NCBI GenBank assembly: GCA_964397205.1
Contig: CAYNIT010000001.1
Coordinates: forward strand, 1-61,699
From: an uncultured Phaeodactylibacter sp.
GTDB lineage: Bacteria; Bacteroidota; Bacteroidia; Chitinophagales; Saprospiraceae
Length of the DNA stretch: 61,699 nucleotides
Direction: 5' to 3'
Below, one piece after another: positions 49,727 to 61,274 of this stretch (positions within the stretch are counted from its first letter, which is position 1; each line of letters begins with the position of its first letter). Below the pieces are notes generated by a model. That model had not been told where the DNA came from, searched no databases, and worked only from the letters and a program-made list of their open reading frames with translations. The position numbers and the translations under genes were made by a program.

Positions 49727-51639
49727 ACTTAAATGCGAAGATACCCGAAGGTCCGCTGGCGGAAAAGTGGAACCGCTACAAAGCGACCTGCCGCCTCGTG
49801 AGCCCCAATAACAAAAAGAAACTCGACATCATCGTAGTCGGTACTGGCTTAGCGGGCAGCTCGGCCGCTGCTTCCTTCGCAGAAATGGGCTACAAGGTCA
49901 AGTCTTTTTGCTTTCAGGACAGCCCGCGGCGGGCGCACTCCGCTGCTGCACAGGGTGGCGTGAACGCCTCCAAGAATTACCAAAACGACGGCGACAGCAC
50001 TTTTCGGATGTTCTACGACACCCTCAAGGGCGGCGATTTCCGGGCGCGCGAAGCCAATGTTTACCGCCTGGCAGAATGCTCGGCCAACCTGATCGATCAG
50101 GCGGTAGCTCAGGGTGTGCCCTTTGCCCGCGAGTACGGCGGTTACCTCGCCAACCGCTCCTTCGGCGGTGTGCAGGTGCGGCGTACTTTTTACGCTCGGG
50201 GGCAAACGGGGCAGCAACTGCTGCTCGGCGCCTACTCCGCCCTGAACCGGCAGGTGGCCGAGGGCAACGTACAGCTCTACGCCCGGCACGAAATGCTGGA
50301 GCTGGTCGTCATCGACGGCAAAGCGCGGGGCATCATCGCCCGTAATCTCGACACTGGAGAGATCGAGCGCCACGCTGCCCACGCGGTAGTGCTGGCTACC
50401 GGCGGTTACGGCAAAATCTATTACCTTTCCACCCTGGCCATGGGCTGCAACGGCTCTGCCATCTGGCGGGCACACAAGCAAGGCGCCGGCTTTGCCGCCG
50501 CGAGCTGGACGCAGATACATCCCACCTGCCTGCCGCAGTCCGGCAGCTACCAGTCTAAGCTGACGCTGATGTCGGAATCGCTACGCAACGACGGCCGCAT
50601 CTGGGTGCCTAAAAAGGCGAATGACTCCCGGGCGCCAGGCGACATACCCGAGGCAGAGCGCGATTACTACCTGGAGCGCCGCTACCCAGCTTTCGGCAAT
50701 CTAGCGCCGCGCGACATCGCTTCCCGGGCAGCTAAAGAACGCATCGATGCTGGTTATGGCGTCGGCCCGCAGCGCAACGCCGTCTACCTCGACTTCGCCC
50801 ACGCCATTCAGGAGTACGGAGAGGGCACCATCCGCGAGCGCTACGGCAACCTGTTTCGCATGTACGAAAAAATTACCGGGCACAATGCCTATCAACGGCC
50901 GATGATGATCTCCCCGGCAGCGCACTTCTCTATGGGCGGGCTGTGGGTAGATTATGAATTGATGACGAGCATCCCGGGCCTGTACGCCATTGGCGAATGC
51001 AATTTTTCTGACCACGGCGCCAACCGGCTGGGCGCCAACTCCCTGCTGCAGGCTTGCGTGGACGGCTACTTCATACTGCCGTATACCATCGGCAATTACC
51101 TGGCGGACGAACTGCGGGCAGGTAAAATTTCCCCCGATCAGCCTGCTTTTGCAGAAGCAGAACAACGGGTGCGCGATCAGCTGCAGCGCCTCATCGACAT
51201 CAATGGCAACCGCACCGCTACCGACTATCACAAAGAGTTGGGCGAGCTGCTGTACGATAAGTGCGGAGTCCTGCGAACGCGGGAGGGGCTGGAGGAAGCC
51301 ATCCACAAAATACGCGAGCTGCGCGCCGACTTCTGGCAGAACCTGCGGGTGCCCGGCGATGCCGGCTACGTAAATTCAGAATTGGAAAAAGCCGGCCGGG
51401 TAGCCGACTACCTGGAGCTGTCAGAGCTGATGTGCTACGATGCCCTCAGCCGGGAAGAGTCCTGCGGGGCTCATTTCCGCGAAGAGCATCAGACCACAGA
51501 GGGGGAAGCGCTGCGGCGCGACGAGGAATACCAGTTTGTGTCTGTCTGGGCATATGCGGGCGAAGATGAGGCGCCGGCGCTGCACCGGGAGGAACTGGAA
51601 TTTGAAACGGTACAACCTAGCGTAAGAAGTTACAAATGA
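49723..51639 (+). CDS. sdhA: Succinate dehydrogenase/fumarate reductase flavoprotein
   Basis: [17 protein letters not shown] (covalent-FAD His), [15 protein letters not shown] and EESCGAHFR; ATGA overlap with sdhC. Confidence 0.96.
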   Translation: MNLNAKIPEGPLAEKWNRYKATCRLVSPNNKKKLDIIVVGTGLAGSSAAASFAEMGYKVKSFCFQDSPRRAHSAAAQGGVNASKNYQNDGDSTFRMFYDTLKGGDFRAREANVYRLAECSANLIDQAVAQGVPFAREYGGYLANRSFGGVQVRRTFYARGQTGQQLLLGAYSALNRQVAEGNVQLYARHEMLELVVIDGKARGIIARNLDTGEIERHAAHAVVLATGGYGKIYYLSTLAMGCNGSAIWRAHKQGAGFAAASWTQIHPTCLPQSGSYQSKLTLMSESLRNDGRIWVPKKANDSRAPGDIPEAERDYYLERRYPAFGNLAPRDIASRAAKERIDAGYGVGPQRNAVYLDFAHAIQEYGEGTIRERYGNLFRMYEKITGHNAYQRPMMISPAAHFSMGGLWVDYELMTSIPGLYAIGECNFSDHGANRLGANSLLQACVDGYFILPYTIGNYLADELRAGKISPDQPAFAEAEQRVRDQLQRLIDINGNRTATDYHKELGELLYDKCGVLRTREGLEEAIHKIRELRADFWQNLRVPGDAGYVNSELEKAGRVADYLELSELMCYDALSREESCGAHFREEHQTTEGEALRRDEEYQFVSVWAYAGEDEAPALHREELEFETVQPSVRSYK

Positions 51640-52382
51640 GAATACACCTCAAAATATGGCGGCAGGAGCATGCGCAGGCGAAAGGGCGCATGCAGGACTA
51701 CGAGCTGGCGGAGGTCAACCCGGAAATGTCCTTCCTGGAAATGCTTGACGTACTGAACGAACAACTGATCCGCTCAGGCGATTCACCGGTAGAGTTCGAC
51801 CACGATTGCCGGGAGGGCATCTGCGGGCAGTGCGGCCTGTTTATCAATGGACGCGCCCACGGCCCGTTGTCGGCCACCACCACTTGTCAGCTGCACATGC
51901 GGCATTTTAAGGATGGGGCCACCATATACGTGGAGCCCTTTCGGGCAAAAGCCTTTCCTATTGTCAAAGACCTGCGGGTGGACCGCTCAGCCTTCGACCG
52001 CATCATTCAGTCCGGAGGTTTCATTTCTACCCGTACCGGAGATGCGCCGGAGGCCAATGCCATTCCCATCGGCCATCAAGCTGCTGAGGATGCCTTTGAT
52101 GCAGCTGCCTGTATCGGTTGCGGGGCCTGTGTCGCTACTTGCAAAAATGCCTCGGCGGCCTTATTCACCGGTGCAAAGGTGAGCCACTTAGCCATACTGC
52201 CGCAGGGGAAGCCGGAATCCGCTGAGCGAGCTGAAAAAATGGTTGCCCAGATGGAAGCCGAGGGTTTCGGCCACTGCACCAATACCGGTGCCTGCGAAGT
52301 AGAGTGCCCCCAGGAAATCTCCATAGAGCACATCGCCCGCATGAATTTTGAATACAACAAAGCCGTAGTGCTGGATAAGTAA
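51636..52382 (+). CDS. sdhB: Succinate dehydrogenase/fumarate reductase Fe-S subunit
   Basis: [20 protein letters not shown] and [12 protein letters not shown] motifs. Confidence 0.96.
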   Translation: MRIHLKIWRQEHAQAKGRMQDYELAEVNPEMSFLEMLDVLNEQLIRSGDSPVEFDHDCREGICGQCGLFINGRAHGPLSATTTCQLHMRHFKDGATIYVEPFRAKAFPIVKDLRVDRSAFDRIIQSGGFISTRTGDAPEANAIPIGHQAAEDAFDAAACIGCGACVATCKNASAALFTGAKVSHLAILPQGKPESAERAEKMVAQMEAEGFGHCTNTGACEVECPQEISIEHIARMNFEYNKAVVLDK

Positions 52383-52389
52383 ATACAAC

Positions 52390-52998
52390 ATGGAACAAAA
52401 GCTTCAATCCTTACTCGAAAAAGTACAGCAGGAAGGCATAGAAAAAGGCCAGGAAGTTGCCAATAGCCTGATTCACGATGCCGAGCAAAAAGCTGATGAT
52501 ATTGTCTCAGCTGCCAAGCGAGAGGCAGAGGAAATTCGCAAGCAGGCACAATCGGAAGCCGACGAGCTGAAGCGCAATGTCACCTCTGAACTCAAGCTGT
52601 CTGCCCAGCAAACCATCAGCGCCCTGAAGCAGGACATTACCGAGCTGGTAACAGCGAAAGCAACAGAGCCGCCCACCAGCGAAGCCTTCCAGGATAAAGA
52701 TTTCCTGAAAGGCATCATTCAGTCTTTGATTGAGCACTGGCAACAGGAAGGACAGGGCACCGCTCTGCGCCTTTCGCCGGATCGCGAAAAGGAACTGTAC
52801 GAGTACTTCGAAGCGCGGGCACAGCAAAGCCTGCAGGAGGGGTTGGCCGTCAAGCCAGACCCGAAACTGTCACAAGGTTTCCGCATCGGCCCCGAAGACG
52901 GCAGCTACGTCGTTTCCTTTACCGAGGAGGACTTTCAGGCCTTTTTCGCTGATTTCCTGCGGCCGCGCACCAAAGAACTGCTGTATGGAGAGGCTTGA
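52390..52998 (+). CDS. ntpE: V/A-type ATPase subunit E
   Basis: ME.KLQ.L..K...EG.EKG coiled coil, GF.IGP..GSY and FLRP motifs; first gene of the V-ATPase block. Confidence 0.88.
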   Translation: MEQKLQSLLEKVQQEGIEKGQEVANSLIHDAEQKADDIVSAAKREAEEIRKQAQSEADELKRNVTSELKLSAQQTISALKQDITELVTAKATEPPTSEAFQDKDFLKGIIQSLIEHWQQEGQGTALRLSPDREKELYEYFEARAQQSLQEGLAVKPDPKLSQGFRIGPEDGSYVVSFTEEDFQAFFADFLRPRTKELLYGEA

Positions 52999-53039
52999 GC
53001 GGCGCAAAACTTAATTCCACCACCACCACCATCGGGAAA

Positions 53040-53864
53040 ATGAATCAACTGCCAAAACGGGACTACTTCTATCTCATCTCCAGCTTGCCGGAGATGGTGC
53101 TCGACCAAAGCCGGGCTCCATTCACGATGGCGCAGTTTGTGGCGCAGTTGGAGGAAGAACTAGAAGCGCCGGACTTCGCGCTGGTGCGCCTGTTGTTGCT
53201 GCCCCATGACAATTACAATTTGCTTCGGCTCCTCCACATTAAAGAAGAGGAGGACTGGGACGAGCTGGGGTGGTACGAGAAGGTTGCCATGCAGGAGTAC
53301 CTGAAAGATGAAAGCGGGTTGCCCGCCTACATGCACCGTTTCTATCAGGCTTACCAAAAAGGAGAGCCGGTACAAGCGGCGCAAAGCTGGGAAAACCAGC
53401 TGACAGCCCTGTACTACGAATACGCGCTGGACAAAACCGATGGGTTCCTGCACGATTGGCTGGTATTCGAGCGGGACCTGCACAATATTTTAGCTGCCTG
53501 GAACATCCGGCAGTACCAACTGAAGGAAGAAGGGCAGCTCATCGGCAGCGGCGAAACCACAGAAGCCCTGCAGCGGTCCCGCGCCCGCGATTTCGGCCTG
53601 GGCAGTGCCTACCCGTATCTCAATAGGCTGCTCAGCGAGCTGGAAAGGGACGATCTCACTGCCCGCGAAAAAGCCATCGACCGCATTCAGTGGAATTTTA
53701 TTGATGAACAGCTTACCTTCCACTACTTCACCGTAGAAGTGGTGCTGGGCTACTTGCTGCAGCTTCGGTTGCTGCAGCGCTGGCTCTCCCTCGATACGCA
53801 AGCTGGCCAGGAGCGGGTCCGCGACTTTATCTCAGAAATGGAACAAAAGATCGAACTCACATGA
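53040..53864 (+). CDS. DUF2764 protein (V-ATPase subunit C-like)
   Basis: YFYLISSLPE start, YF..E.VL.Y..QL..L.RW..LD...G end; lies between E and A. Confidence 0.85.
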   Translation: MNQLPKRDYFYLISSLPEMVLDQSRAPFTMAQFVAQLEEELEAPDFALVRLLLLPHDNYNLLRLLHIKEEEDWDELGWYEKVAMQEYLKDESGLPAYMHRFYQAYQKGEPVQAAQSWENQLTALYYEYALDKTDGFLHDWLVFERDLHNILAAWNIRQYQLKEEGQLIGSGETTEALQRSRARDFGLGSAYPYLNRLLSELERDDLTAREKAIDRIQWNFIDEQLTFHYFTVEVVLGYLLQLRLLQRWLSLDTQAGQERVRDFISEMEQKIELT

Positions 53865-55630
53865 CGGTAACGCAGCAACATACTACCGGCCGCGTCAACG
53901 GCATCATCTCCAACCTCGTATTGGTAGAAGTAGATGGCCCGGTCGGGCAAAACGAAATCGGCTTCATTCAGCAGGGAGACACGCCCCTGATGGCGGAGGT
54001 CATCAAGGTGATGGGCGACAAAGCGTACATTCAGGTCTTCGAAAGCACCCGTGGGCTGAGGCCCGGTATGGAGGTACGCTTCGAAGGGCACATGCTCGAA
54101 GCCACCCTGGGCCCGGGCATTCTCTCCCGCAACTACGATGGGTTGATGCACGACCTCAATACCATGAGCGGGATTTTCCTGCAGAGGGGCGATTATACCT
54201 CTGCCCTGGATTTAGGCCGGGAATGGGCATTCGAGCCATTGGCGAAAGCCGGCGATGAGGTGATGGCGGGCCACTGGCTGGGGCAGGTGGATGAGAATGG
54301 CATACCGCACAAAATCATGGTGCCCTTTAAAATGCGGGGGCGGTATTCCGTTGAATCCATCGTGCCGGAAGGGCAATGCCGCGTTCAGGACACTATCGCA
54401 GTGCTTGCGGACGAGCGCGGCAGTAAACACGAAGTGAGCATGCTGCAAAAATTTCCGGTCAAGCAGGCCGTCAAAGCCTACCGGGAGAAGCCGCGCCCTT
54501 ATCAATTACTGGAAACCGGCGTACGCACCATCGATACCCTCAACCCCATGGTAGAGGGCGGCACGGGATTTATCCCGGGGCCCTTCGGCAGCGGCAAAAC
54601 GGTACTGCAGCAAGCCATATCCAAGCAAGCGGAAGCCGATATCGTGATCGTGGCAGCCTGCGGAGAGCGCGCTAATGAGGTAGTGGACTTGTTCGTGGAA
54701 TTCCCGGAACTGGAGGACCCCTGGACCGGGCGCAAGCTCATGGAGCGCACCACTATTATCGCCAATACCTCCAACATGCCGGTAGCCGCGCGGGAAGCAT
54801 CGGTCTACACCGCTATGTCGATCGCCGAGTACTACCGCTCGATGGGGCTGAAGGTCCTGCTGTTGGCCGATTCCACCTCCCGCTGGGCGCAGGCCCTGCG
54901 CGAGATGTCCAACCGAATGGAGGAACTGCCGGGGCCGGATGCCTTCCCGATGGACCTGCCGGCCATTATTTCCAACTTCTACGCCCGGGCGGGCATCGTA
55001 TACCTCGACAACGGGGAAACGGGCTCTATTACCTTTATTGGCACGGTATCCCCAGCCGGCGGCAACCTGAAAGAGCCGGTGACGGAATCCACCAAAAAGG
55101 TAGCCCGCTGTTTCTACGCCCTGTCGCAGTCGAGAGCCGACAGTAAGCGCTACCCGGCTATTGACCCAATCGAGAGCTACTCCAAGTACCTCGAATACCC
55201 CGAGCTGCAGCGGACCCTCAACGAACAAATCGAGGAGGGCTGGACCGATAAGGTGAACGAGCTGAAAAACATCCTGCTGCGGGGCAAGGAGGCGGCCGAA
55301 CAGATCAACATCCTTGGAGATGACGGCGTGTCCATCGACACCCACTTGATCTTCTGGCGCTCCGAAGTGGTGGATGAAATCATCCTGCAGCAAAATGCCT
55401 TCGACGAGGTGGATGCCCGCACTCCGATGGACCGGCAGCAGTATATGGTCAACAAGGTGCTGGAGGTAGTGGAAACCTCCTTGTCCTTCGACAGCTACGA
55501 GGAGATCAACCCTTTCTTCAAGCGCGTCATCAACGCCCTGAAGCAGGTCAACTATTCCGAATTCGAATCGGATGCCTTTAAGCAAAACATGAAAGAGCTG
55601 GAGGATACCCTGGCAGAGCGCAAGGATTGA
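53861..55630 (+). CDS. ntpA: V/A-type ATPase subunit A (catalytic)
   Basis: Walker A GPFGSGKT, CGERANE, ADSTSRWAQA and VSPAGG motifs. Confidence 0.97.
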   Translation: MTVTQQHTTGRVNGIISNLVLVEVDGPVGQNEIGFIQQGDTPLMAEVIKVMGDKAYIQVFESTRGLRPGMEVRFEGHMLEATLGPGILSRNYDGLMHDLNTMSGIFLQRGDYTSALDLGREWAFEPLAKAGDEVMAGHWLGQVDENGIPHKIMVPFKMRGRYSVESIVPEGQCRVQDTIAVLADERGSKHEVSMLQKFPVKQAVKAYREKPRPYQLLETGVRTIDTLNPMVEGGTGFIPGPFGSGKTVLQQAISKQAEADIVIVAACGERANEVVDLFVEFPELEDPWTGRKLMERTTIIANTSNMPVAAREASVYTAMSIAEYYRSMGLKVLLLADSTSRWAQALREMSNRMEELPGPDAFPMDLPAIISNFYARAGIVYLDNGETGSITFIGTVSPAGGNLKEPVTESTKKVARCFYALSQSRADSKRYPAIDPIESYSKYLEYPELQRTLNEQIEEGWTDKVNELKNILLRGKEAAEQINILGDDGVSIDTHLIFWRSEVVDEIILQQNAFDEVDARTPMDRQQYMVNKVLEVVETSLSFDSYEEINPFFKRVINALKQVNYSEFESDAFKQNMKELEDTLAERKD

Positions 55631-55704
55631 CTCGACAAATTTCAGCGGGAGCGTCTCCCAGCCCGAAAAGAAAAACAACTTAACAACTTTATAAACCGAC
55701 AACC

Positions 55705-57027
55705 ATGCCCACCGCATTTCAACGCATCTACACCAAAGTAGAAGAAATCACCAAAGCGACCTGCACGGTGCACGCCACTGATGTGGGATACGAGGAGCTG
55801 GCCACGGTCAACGGGCAGCTGGCGCAAGTCGTGAAAATCATGGGCGATGAAGTGACCCTGCAGGTGTTTGCGGGCACGGAGGGGGTGCCGACCGACGCTG
55901 AGGTCGTATTTCTGGGCAAGGCGCCGAGCCTGAAGGTAGGCGATGCCCTCGCCGGCCGTTTCTTCAACGCCTATGGCAACCCCATCGACGGCGGGCCGGA
56001 GGTGGAAGGCAGGGAGCAGGAGATCGGCGGCCCTTCGGTGAATCCGGTGCGTCGCAAGCAGCCTTCGGAACTCATTACCACCGGCATCGCTGGCATAGAC
56101 CTGAACAACACCTTGGTGACCGGCCAGAAAATACCCTTCTTCGCCGACCCGGACCAGCCGTTCAACCAAGTGATGGCTACCGTAGCGCTGCGTACTGCTG
56201 CCGACCGCATCGTGCTGGGCGGCATCGGGCTTACCAATGACGACTACTTATACTTCAAAAGCGTTTTTGAAAACGCCGGCGCGCTGCACCGCATCGTCAG
56301 TTTTGTGAATACGACCGAAGACCCGACAGTAGAACGGCTGCTCGTGCCCGACATGGCGTTGAGCGCAGCGGAGTACTTTGCCGTAGAGAAAAACGAGAAA
56401 GTGCTCGTGCTGCTGACCGATATGACGCTCTACGCCGATGCCTTGAGTATCGTCTCCAACCGTATGGATCAGATCCCATCCAAGGACAGCATGCCGGGCT
56501 CGCTGTACAGTGACCTGGCCAAGCTTTACGAAAAAGCGGTGCAGTTTGATGAAGGCGGGTCGATTACCATCGTAGCGGTAACTACGCTCTCCGGCGGGGA
56601 CATCACCCACGCCATTCCGGACAATACCGGCTACATTACCGAGGGGCAGCTCTTCCTGCGGCGCGATACGGACATCGGCAAGGTGATCGTTGACCCCTTC
56701 CGAAGCCTGTCGCGCCTTAAGCAGTTGGTGATCGGCAAAAAGACGCGGGAGGACCACCCGCAGGTGATGAATGCCGCCATTCGGCTCTACGCCGATGCTG
56801 CTAATGCCCGCACCAAGCTGGAAAACGGATTTGAACTGACCGACTACGACGAGCGCACCTTGGAGTTTGCCAAGGAGTATTCCGACAAGCTCTTGGCTAT
56901 AGATGTAAATATTGATACGGACAAGATGCTGGATACCGCCTGGCAGCTGTTCGCCCGCCACTTTTCCCAGGCGGAGGTAGGCATCAAGCAATCTTTGACC
57001 GATCAGTACTGGCCTAAAAACTCTTAA
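55705..57027 (+). CDS. ntpB: V/A-type ATPase subunit B
   Basis: GQKIPFF, LTDMT.YADAL, PDNTGYITEGQ and SLSRL motifs. Confidence 0.97.
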   Translation: MPTAFQRIYTKVEEITKATCTVHATDVGYEELATVNGQLAQVVKIMGDEVTLQVFAGTEGVPTDAEVVFLGKAPSLKVGDALAGRFFNAYGNPIDGGPEVEGREQEIGGPSVNPVRRKQPSELITTGIAGIDLNNTLVTGQKIPFFADPDQPFNQVMATVALRTAADRIVLGGIGLTNDDYLYFKSVFENAGALHRIVSFVNTTEDPTVERLLVPDMALSAAEYFAVEKNEKVLVLLTDMTLYADALSIVSNRMDQIPSKDSMPGSLYSDLAKLYEKAVQFDEGGSITIVAVTTLSGGDITHAIPDNTGYITEGQLFLRRDTDIGKVIVDPFRSLSRLKQLVIGKKTREDHPQVMNAAIRLYADAANARTKLENGFELTDYDERTLEFAKEYSDKLLAIDVNIDTDKMLDTAWQLFARHFSQAEVGIKQSLTDQYWPKNS

Positions 57028-57033
57028 GTCCCT

Positions 57034-57630
57034 ATGGCGATCTCCTTTCAATACAACAAAACATCCCTGCAGCGCCTCAAAAAGCAGCTGAAGATACGCG
57101 AGAATGCCTTGCCTATCCTCAAGAACAAGGAGGCCGCTCTGCGCGTGGAGGTGAAGAAGGCCCGTAAGGAGGCGGAGGGCGTAGCTCAGCAGCTGGAAGA
57201 AACGATACGTCAGCACGAAGGTATGGCAGCGCTGTGGGAGGAATTTGATTTCAGCCTGCTGGAGGTGAAAGAGGTGAAAATGGGGAGCGCAAAAGTAGCC
57301 GGCGTAAGCACGCCGGTGCTGGAAGCAGTGAAATTCAACCCTCATCCCTTCAGCTTGTTCAACCGGCCAGCCTGGTTCCCGGCGGGTATGGAATTGCTGA
57401 AGGAATGGATCGAATTGGCACTGCAGCGCAAAGTACTGCTGCAGAAGATGGAGCTTTTGGAGTTTGCCCGCAAGAAAACCACGCAGAAAGTCAACTTGTA
57501 CGAAAAGGTGCAGATACCCGGCTATGAGGATGCCATCCGAAAGATTGAGCGCTATCTGGAGGATGAGGAAAATTTGGCGAAAGCCGCCCAAAAAATTGTG
57601 AAAAAGCGCAGCAACAGCGAAGCCTTATGA
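57034..57630 (+). CDS. ntpD: V/A-type ATPase subunit D
   Basis: ALPILKNKE..L and KTTQKVNLYEKVQIP motifs. Confidence 0.95.
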   Translation: MAISFQYNKTSLQRLKKQLKIRENALPILKNKEAALRVEVKKARKEAEGVAQQLEETIRQHEGMAALWEEFDFSLLEVKEVKMGSAKVAGVSTPVLEAVKFNPHPFSLFNRPAWFPAGMELLKEWIELALQRKVLLQKMELLEFARKKTTQKVNLYEKVQIPGYEDAIRKIERYLEDEENLAKAAQKIVKKRSNSEAL

Positions 57631-59411
57631 TCGTACCGATGCGGAAATACCTATTCTTGGTTCACCACTCCGACTATGTAGGTTTTCTGGAGGGCTTGCG
57701 CCGCCTGGGCGTGCTGCACGTACGGGCGCAGAAAGGCGAGCCCTCGCAGGAGCTGATGGACCGCATGGCCCTGCGGCAGCGGCTGAGTGAAGTCCGCAAA
57801 GAACTGGGAAAGCGGGAGGTAGAAGTACAGCGCAAAGGAACGGCTACGGCCGAAGAGGGGCAAGCCGTCGTCGCTGAATACGAGGAACTGATGGAGAAGC
57901 TGGAGCCCCTGCAGCAAGAGCGGGCTACAGTACGCAAGGAGTTCGACATTCTCAAGCCCTGGGGGGAGTTTTCCATCGAAACAGTCAAAACACTGGAGGC
58001 TGCCGGATTGGAAGTACAGTTTTTCGTCTGCGCGGCCAAAAAATACAAGCCGGAATGGGAAAAGGAATACCCCATTGCCCATCTGCGCAAGCTCGGGGCG
58101 GATGCCTACTTTGTGGGCATCACCAAGGCTGAGGAACCCATCGAAATTCCCGGCGTGGAAATGATACCAGACCCCAAAAACGGCACTTTGGAGCTGGAAG
58201 AACGGCAAGCAGAGCTGGAACGAGAGATCCGCGAAATCAATGCCCGCCTCGACCGGCTGGCGGAGGTGGGCTTGCCCGCGCTTGATGCGGCACTGCAGGA
58301 CCTGCAGGACACCACACAGCTCATGAGCGTTATCGAGTACACCCGACGGGAGGCCGATGACCGCCTGATGGTGCTGGAAGGATACGCACCAAAAGGGACG
58401 GAGAAAGAACTGGAAGCGCTCTGCGAACAAGAAAATGTCCCCTTTCTGAAAGAGCAGCCCGCGCCGAAAGACCAACCGCCGGTACTGCTGCGCAATTCGC
58501 GTTTCAGCCGCTTGTTTGAGCCTATTGCCAAACTGTTCGCGCTGCCTTCCTACGGAGAGATGGACCTTACGCCCTTCTTCGCGCCCTTCTTCATGCTGTT
58601 CTTTGGTTTCTGCCTGGGAGACGCAGGATACGGCATCGTGCTGCTGCTGGGGGCAACGATTTACAAATTCCGGGCGGACAAATCCATGAAACCCACACTG
58701 ACTTTGGTGCAGTTTCTGGGGCTGGCAACTGTCCTTTTCGGAATACTGACCGGGACAGTCTTTGGCTTGAATTTGTTGAATGAGCAGTTTGCCTGGCTGG
58801 GGGAGGTCCGCTCCATTATGATCGACAGTGATCAGGCATTTCAGCTGGCACTTATTCTGGGGGTGGTGCAGATACTATTTGGCCTGGGCGTGAAAGCCGT
58901 CAATAAAGGCTGGCAGTACGGCTGGATGCACGGCATCGCCCCGCTTGGCTGGATACTGCTGATTCTAAGCCTGGTTGATATTGGCATGACGGAAAAGCTG
59001 TTGCCCTATTCTCAGTACGCCGCCTGGGCATCAGTGGGGTTCATTGTATTGTTCAGCGACCCCAATGCTGGCATTTTCGGGCGTCTGGGCAGCGGTGCCT
59101 GGGCATTGTACGGCATCACAGGCATTTTTGGCGACTTGCTAAGCTATATCCGCTTGTTTGCCCTGGGCATAGCGAGCGCGATCCTGGGCTTGGTGGTCAA
59201 TGATATTGCATTGCAAATTAAAGGTTCGATGGATATTGTAGGGCCGATCTTGTTCGTGCTTTTCCTGCTCGTGGGGCATACAGCCAATTTGCTGATCGCC
59301 TCCCTGGGCGCTTTCGTCCACCCGATGCGCCTGACCTTTGTGGAATTTTACAAAAATGCCGGCTTTGAGGGCGGGGGAAAGCCCTACGACCCTCTGCGGC
59401 AACAGAAGTGA
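57627..59411 (+). CDS. ntpI: V/A-type ATPase subunit I (a)
   Basis: FFGFCLGDAGYG, SYIRLFALG and HPMRLTFVEF motifs. Confidence 0.95.
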   Translation: MIVPMRKYLFLVHHSDYVGFLEGLRRLGVLHVRAQKGEPSQELMDRMALRQRLSEVRKELGKREVEVQRKGTATAEEGQAVVAEYEELMEKLEPLQQERATVRKEFDILKPWGEFSIETVKTLEAAGLEVQFFVCAAKKYKPEWEKEYPIAHLRKLGADAYFVGITKAEEPIEIPGVEMIPDPKNGTLELEERQAELEREIREINARLDRLAEVGLPALDAALQDLQDTTQLMSVIEYTRREADDRLMVLEGYAPKGTEKELEALCEQENVPFLKEQPAPKDQPPVLLRNSRFSRLFEPIAKLFALPSYGEMDLTPFFAPFFMLFFGFCLGDAGYGIVLLLGATIYKFRADKSMKPTLTLVQFLGLATVLFGILTGTVFGLNLLNEQFAWLGEVRSIMIDSDQAFQLALILGVVQILFGLGVKAVNKGWQYGWMHGIAPLGWILLILSLVDIGMTEKLLPYSQYAAWASVGFIVLFSDPNAGIFGRLGSGAWALYGITGIFGDLLSYIRLFALGIASAILGLVVNDIALQIKGSMDIVGPILFVLFLLVGHTANLLIASLGAFVHPMRLTFVEFYKNAGFEGGGKPYDPLRQQK

Positions 59412-59421
59412 TCATTCTTAA

Positions 59422-59895
<474 letters not shown>

Positions 59896-59939
59896 AGTAT
59901 TGTTAAAAACCGTGCGGAAGGAGCAGTTGTTGCTCCTGC

Positions 59940-60549
59940 ATGGATCTAATATACGGAATTGATTTATTCGGTACGCTCGTCTTTGCTATAAGCGGAGTGG
60001 TCACCGCTACGGAAAAAGTTTTGACCTGGCCGGAGCAGCTATCGTAGGGCTGGTTACGGCCATAGGCGGAGATACACTTAGGGATGTGCTCATTGGCCAA
60101 ACGCCGGTGGGCTGGATGAAGGACTTCAACTATTTGCTGATCGTCTTTCACTGCCGCTTTGTTATTTCTTTATCCACGTAATTCGCCGCTTGCGGAAAAG
60201 CGTTTTTTTCTTTGATGCGATTGGTATTGGGCTGTTTACTATATTGGGGCGGCAAAGGACATTGGCCGCAGGGCGGTCTCCGTTGGTCGCCCTGCTAAGG
60301 GAGGTGGTGTCTGCTGTATTTGGCAGAGTAATCCGGGATGTGCTTTCCAACGAAGTACTGCTGATTTTCCGTTAGGAAGTCCACGCAAGTGCCTGCCTGG
60401 CGGGCGGGATGGTGTTTCTGGGCCCGGAGCTCCTGCAAAAAGGAGCCGAAATCAACATCGTATGTTCTATCCTGGTCGTGATACTTATCCGGTATTTATC
60501 CGTTCGTTACCACTGGGCGCTGCCATTTCGCCCGCTTAAAGACCGATAA
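59940..60549 (+). pseudogene. Trimeric intracellular cation channel (TRIC/YadS, UPF0126) pseudogene
   Basis: MDLIYGIDLFGTLVFAISG, frameshift at ~60018, then FDL.G...G..TAIGGDTLRD, frameshift at ~60150-60180, then FDAIGIGLF...VIRDVL, and an in-frame TAG at 60373-60375. Confidence 0.88.
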
Positions 60550-60559
60550 TGTTATAGTT

Positions 60560-61210
60560 GTGGAAGCTGTGGCACTGAAAACATACCTGCAAACTATCGT
60601 TCCGCTTTCGGAGGAAGACTGGCAAGCGAGCGCAGGATCCTTTACCCGGGAATTGTTGCGCAAGGGAGATTACTACCTCCGGGAGCAGCAGTACTGCAAT
60701 AAGATTTCCTTCATCGAGTCCGGCCTGTTTCGTTTATTTTACCTGCACGACGGAGCGGAGAAAATCATGATGTTCTTCTCCGAGCAACAATTCTTCACCG
60801 ATTACTTTGGCTACCTGAGCCACACCCCTTCTATCCGGCAGATTCAGGCTGTGGAGGATTCCGTTATTTATACCATCACCCGGGAAAAGCTGGAGGCCCT
60901 GTTCGCTGCTTCCAAAAGTTGGGAGCGCATCGGGCGTTTGCTGGCGGAACGTTCTTATCTGCTGGCCGTACAGCGGGCCAACCGCCTGCTGCACGACGAC
61001 CCGGATACCCGCTTTGACGCCCTGCTGCGGGAGCACCCCGGCCTGCTGCAGCGCGTACCGCAGTACATGATCGCTTCTTACCTCAATGTGCAGCCGGAGA
61101 CGCTGAGCCGCATCAAGCGCCGCCGCATGGGCCATACGAATATCCGCCCTTCTATCCACGATCCGCTCAATCCGGATATCCCCGGCTCCGTTCTTGATCC
61201 GGATCAATGA
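60560..61210 (+). CDS. Crp/Fnr family transcriptional regulator
   Basis: cNMP-binding-like FIESG..R.FY and QAVEDS; HTH QRVPQYMIASYLNVQPETLSRI. Confidence 0.92.
   Translation: MEAVALKTYLQTIVPLSEEDWQASAGSFTRELLRKGDYYLREQQYCNKISFIESGLFRLFYLHDGAEKIMMFFSEQQFFTDYFGYLSHTPSIRQIQAVEDSVIYTITREKLEALFAASKSWERIGRLLAERSYLLAVQRANRLLHDDPDTRFDALLREHPGLLQRVPQYMIASYLNVQPETLSRIKRRRMGHTNIRPSIHDPLNPDIPGSVLDPDQ
61194..61207 (+). promoter_or_regulatory. Crp/Fnr box
   Basis: TTGAT-CCGG-ATCAA, a perfect FNR-type consensus, followed by -7-like GAGCTTTG at 61230-61237. Confidence 0.75.
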
Positions 61211-61274
61211 CTTTGCCGGCTGATATATAGAGCTTTGTAACGATAGGTTTTTAATCCACTAAAATTCAATCGTT

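Noticed and set aside
54506-57591. Long antisense ORFs (403 aa and 447 aa) opposite ntpA/ntpB/ntpD
   Set aside because: Shadow frames of strongly conserved GC-rich genes, with no recognisable motifs
60373-60375. In-frame TAG as possible pyrrolysine or recoding
   Set aside because: The same gene has frameshifts and damaging missense changes, and other genes use TAG as a normal stop
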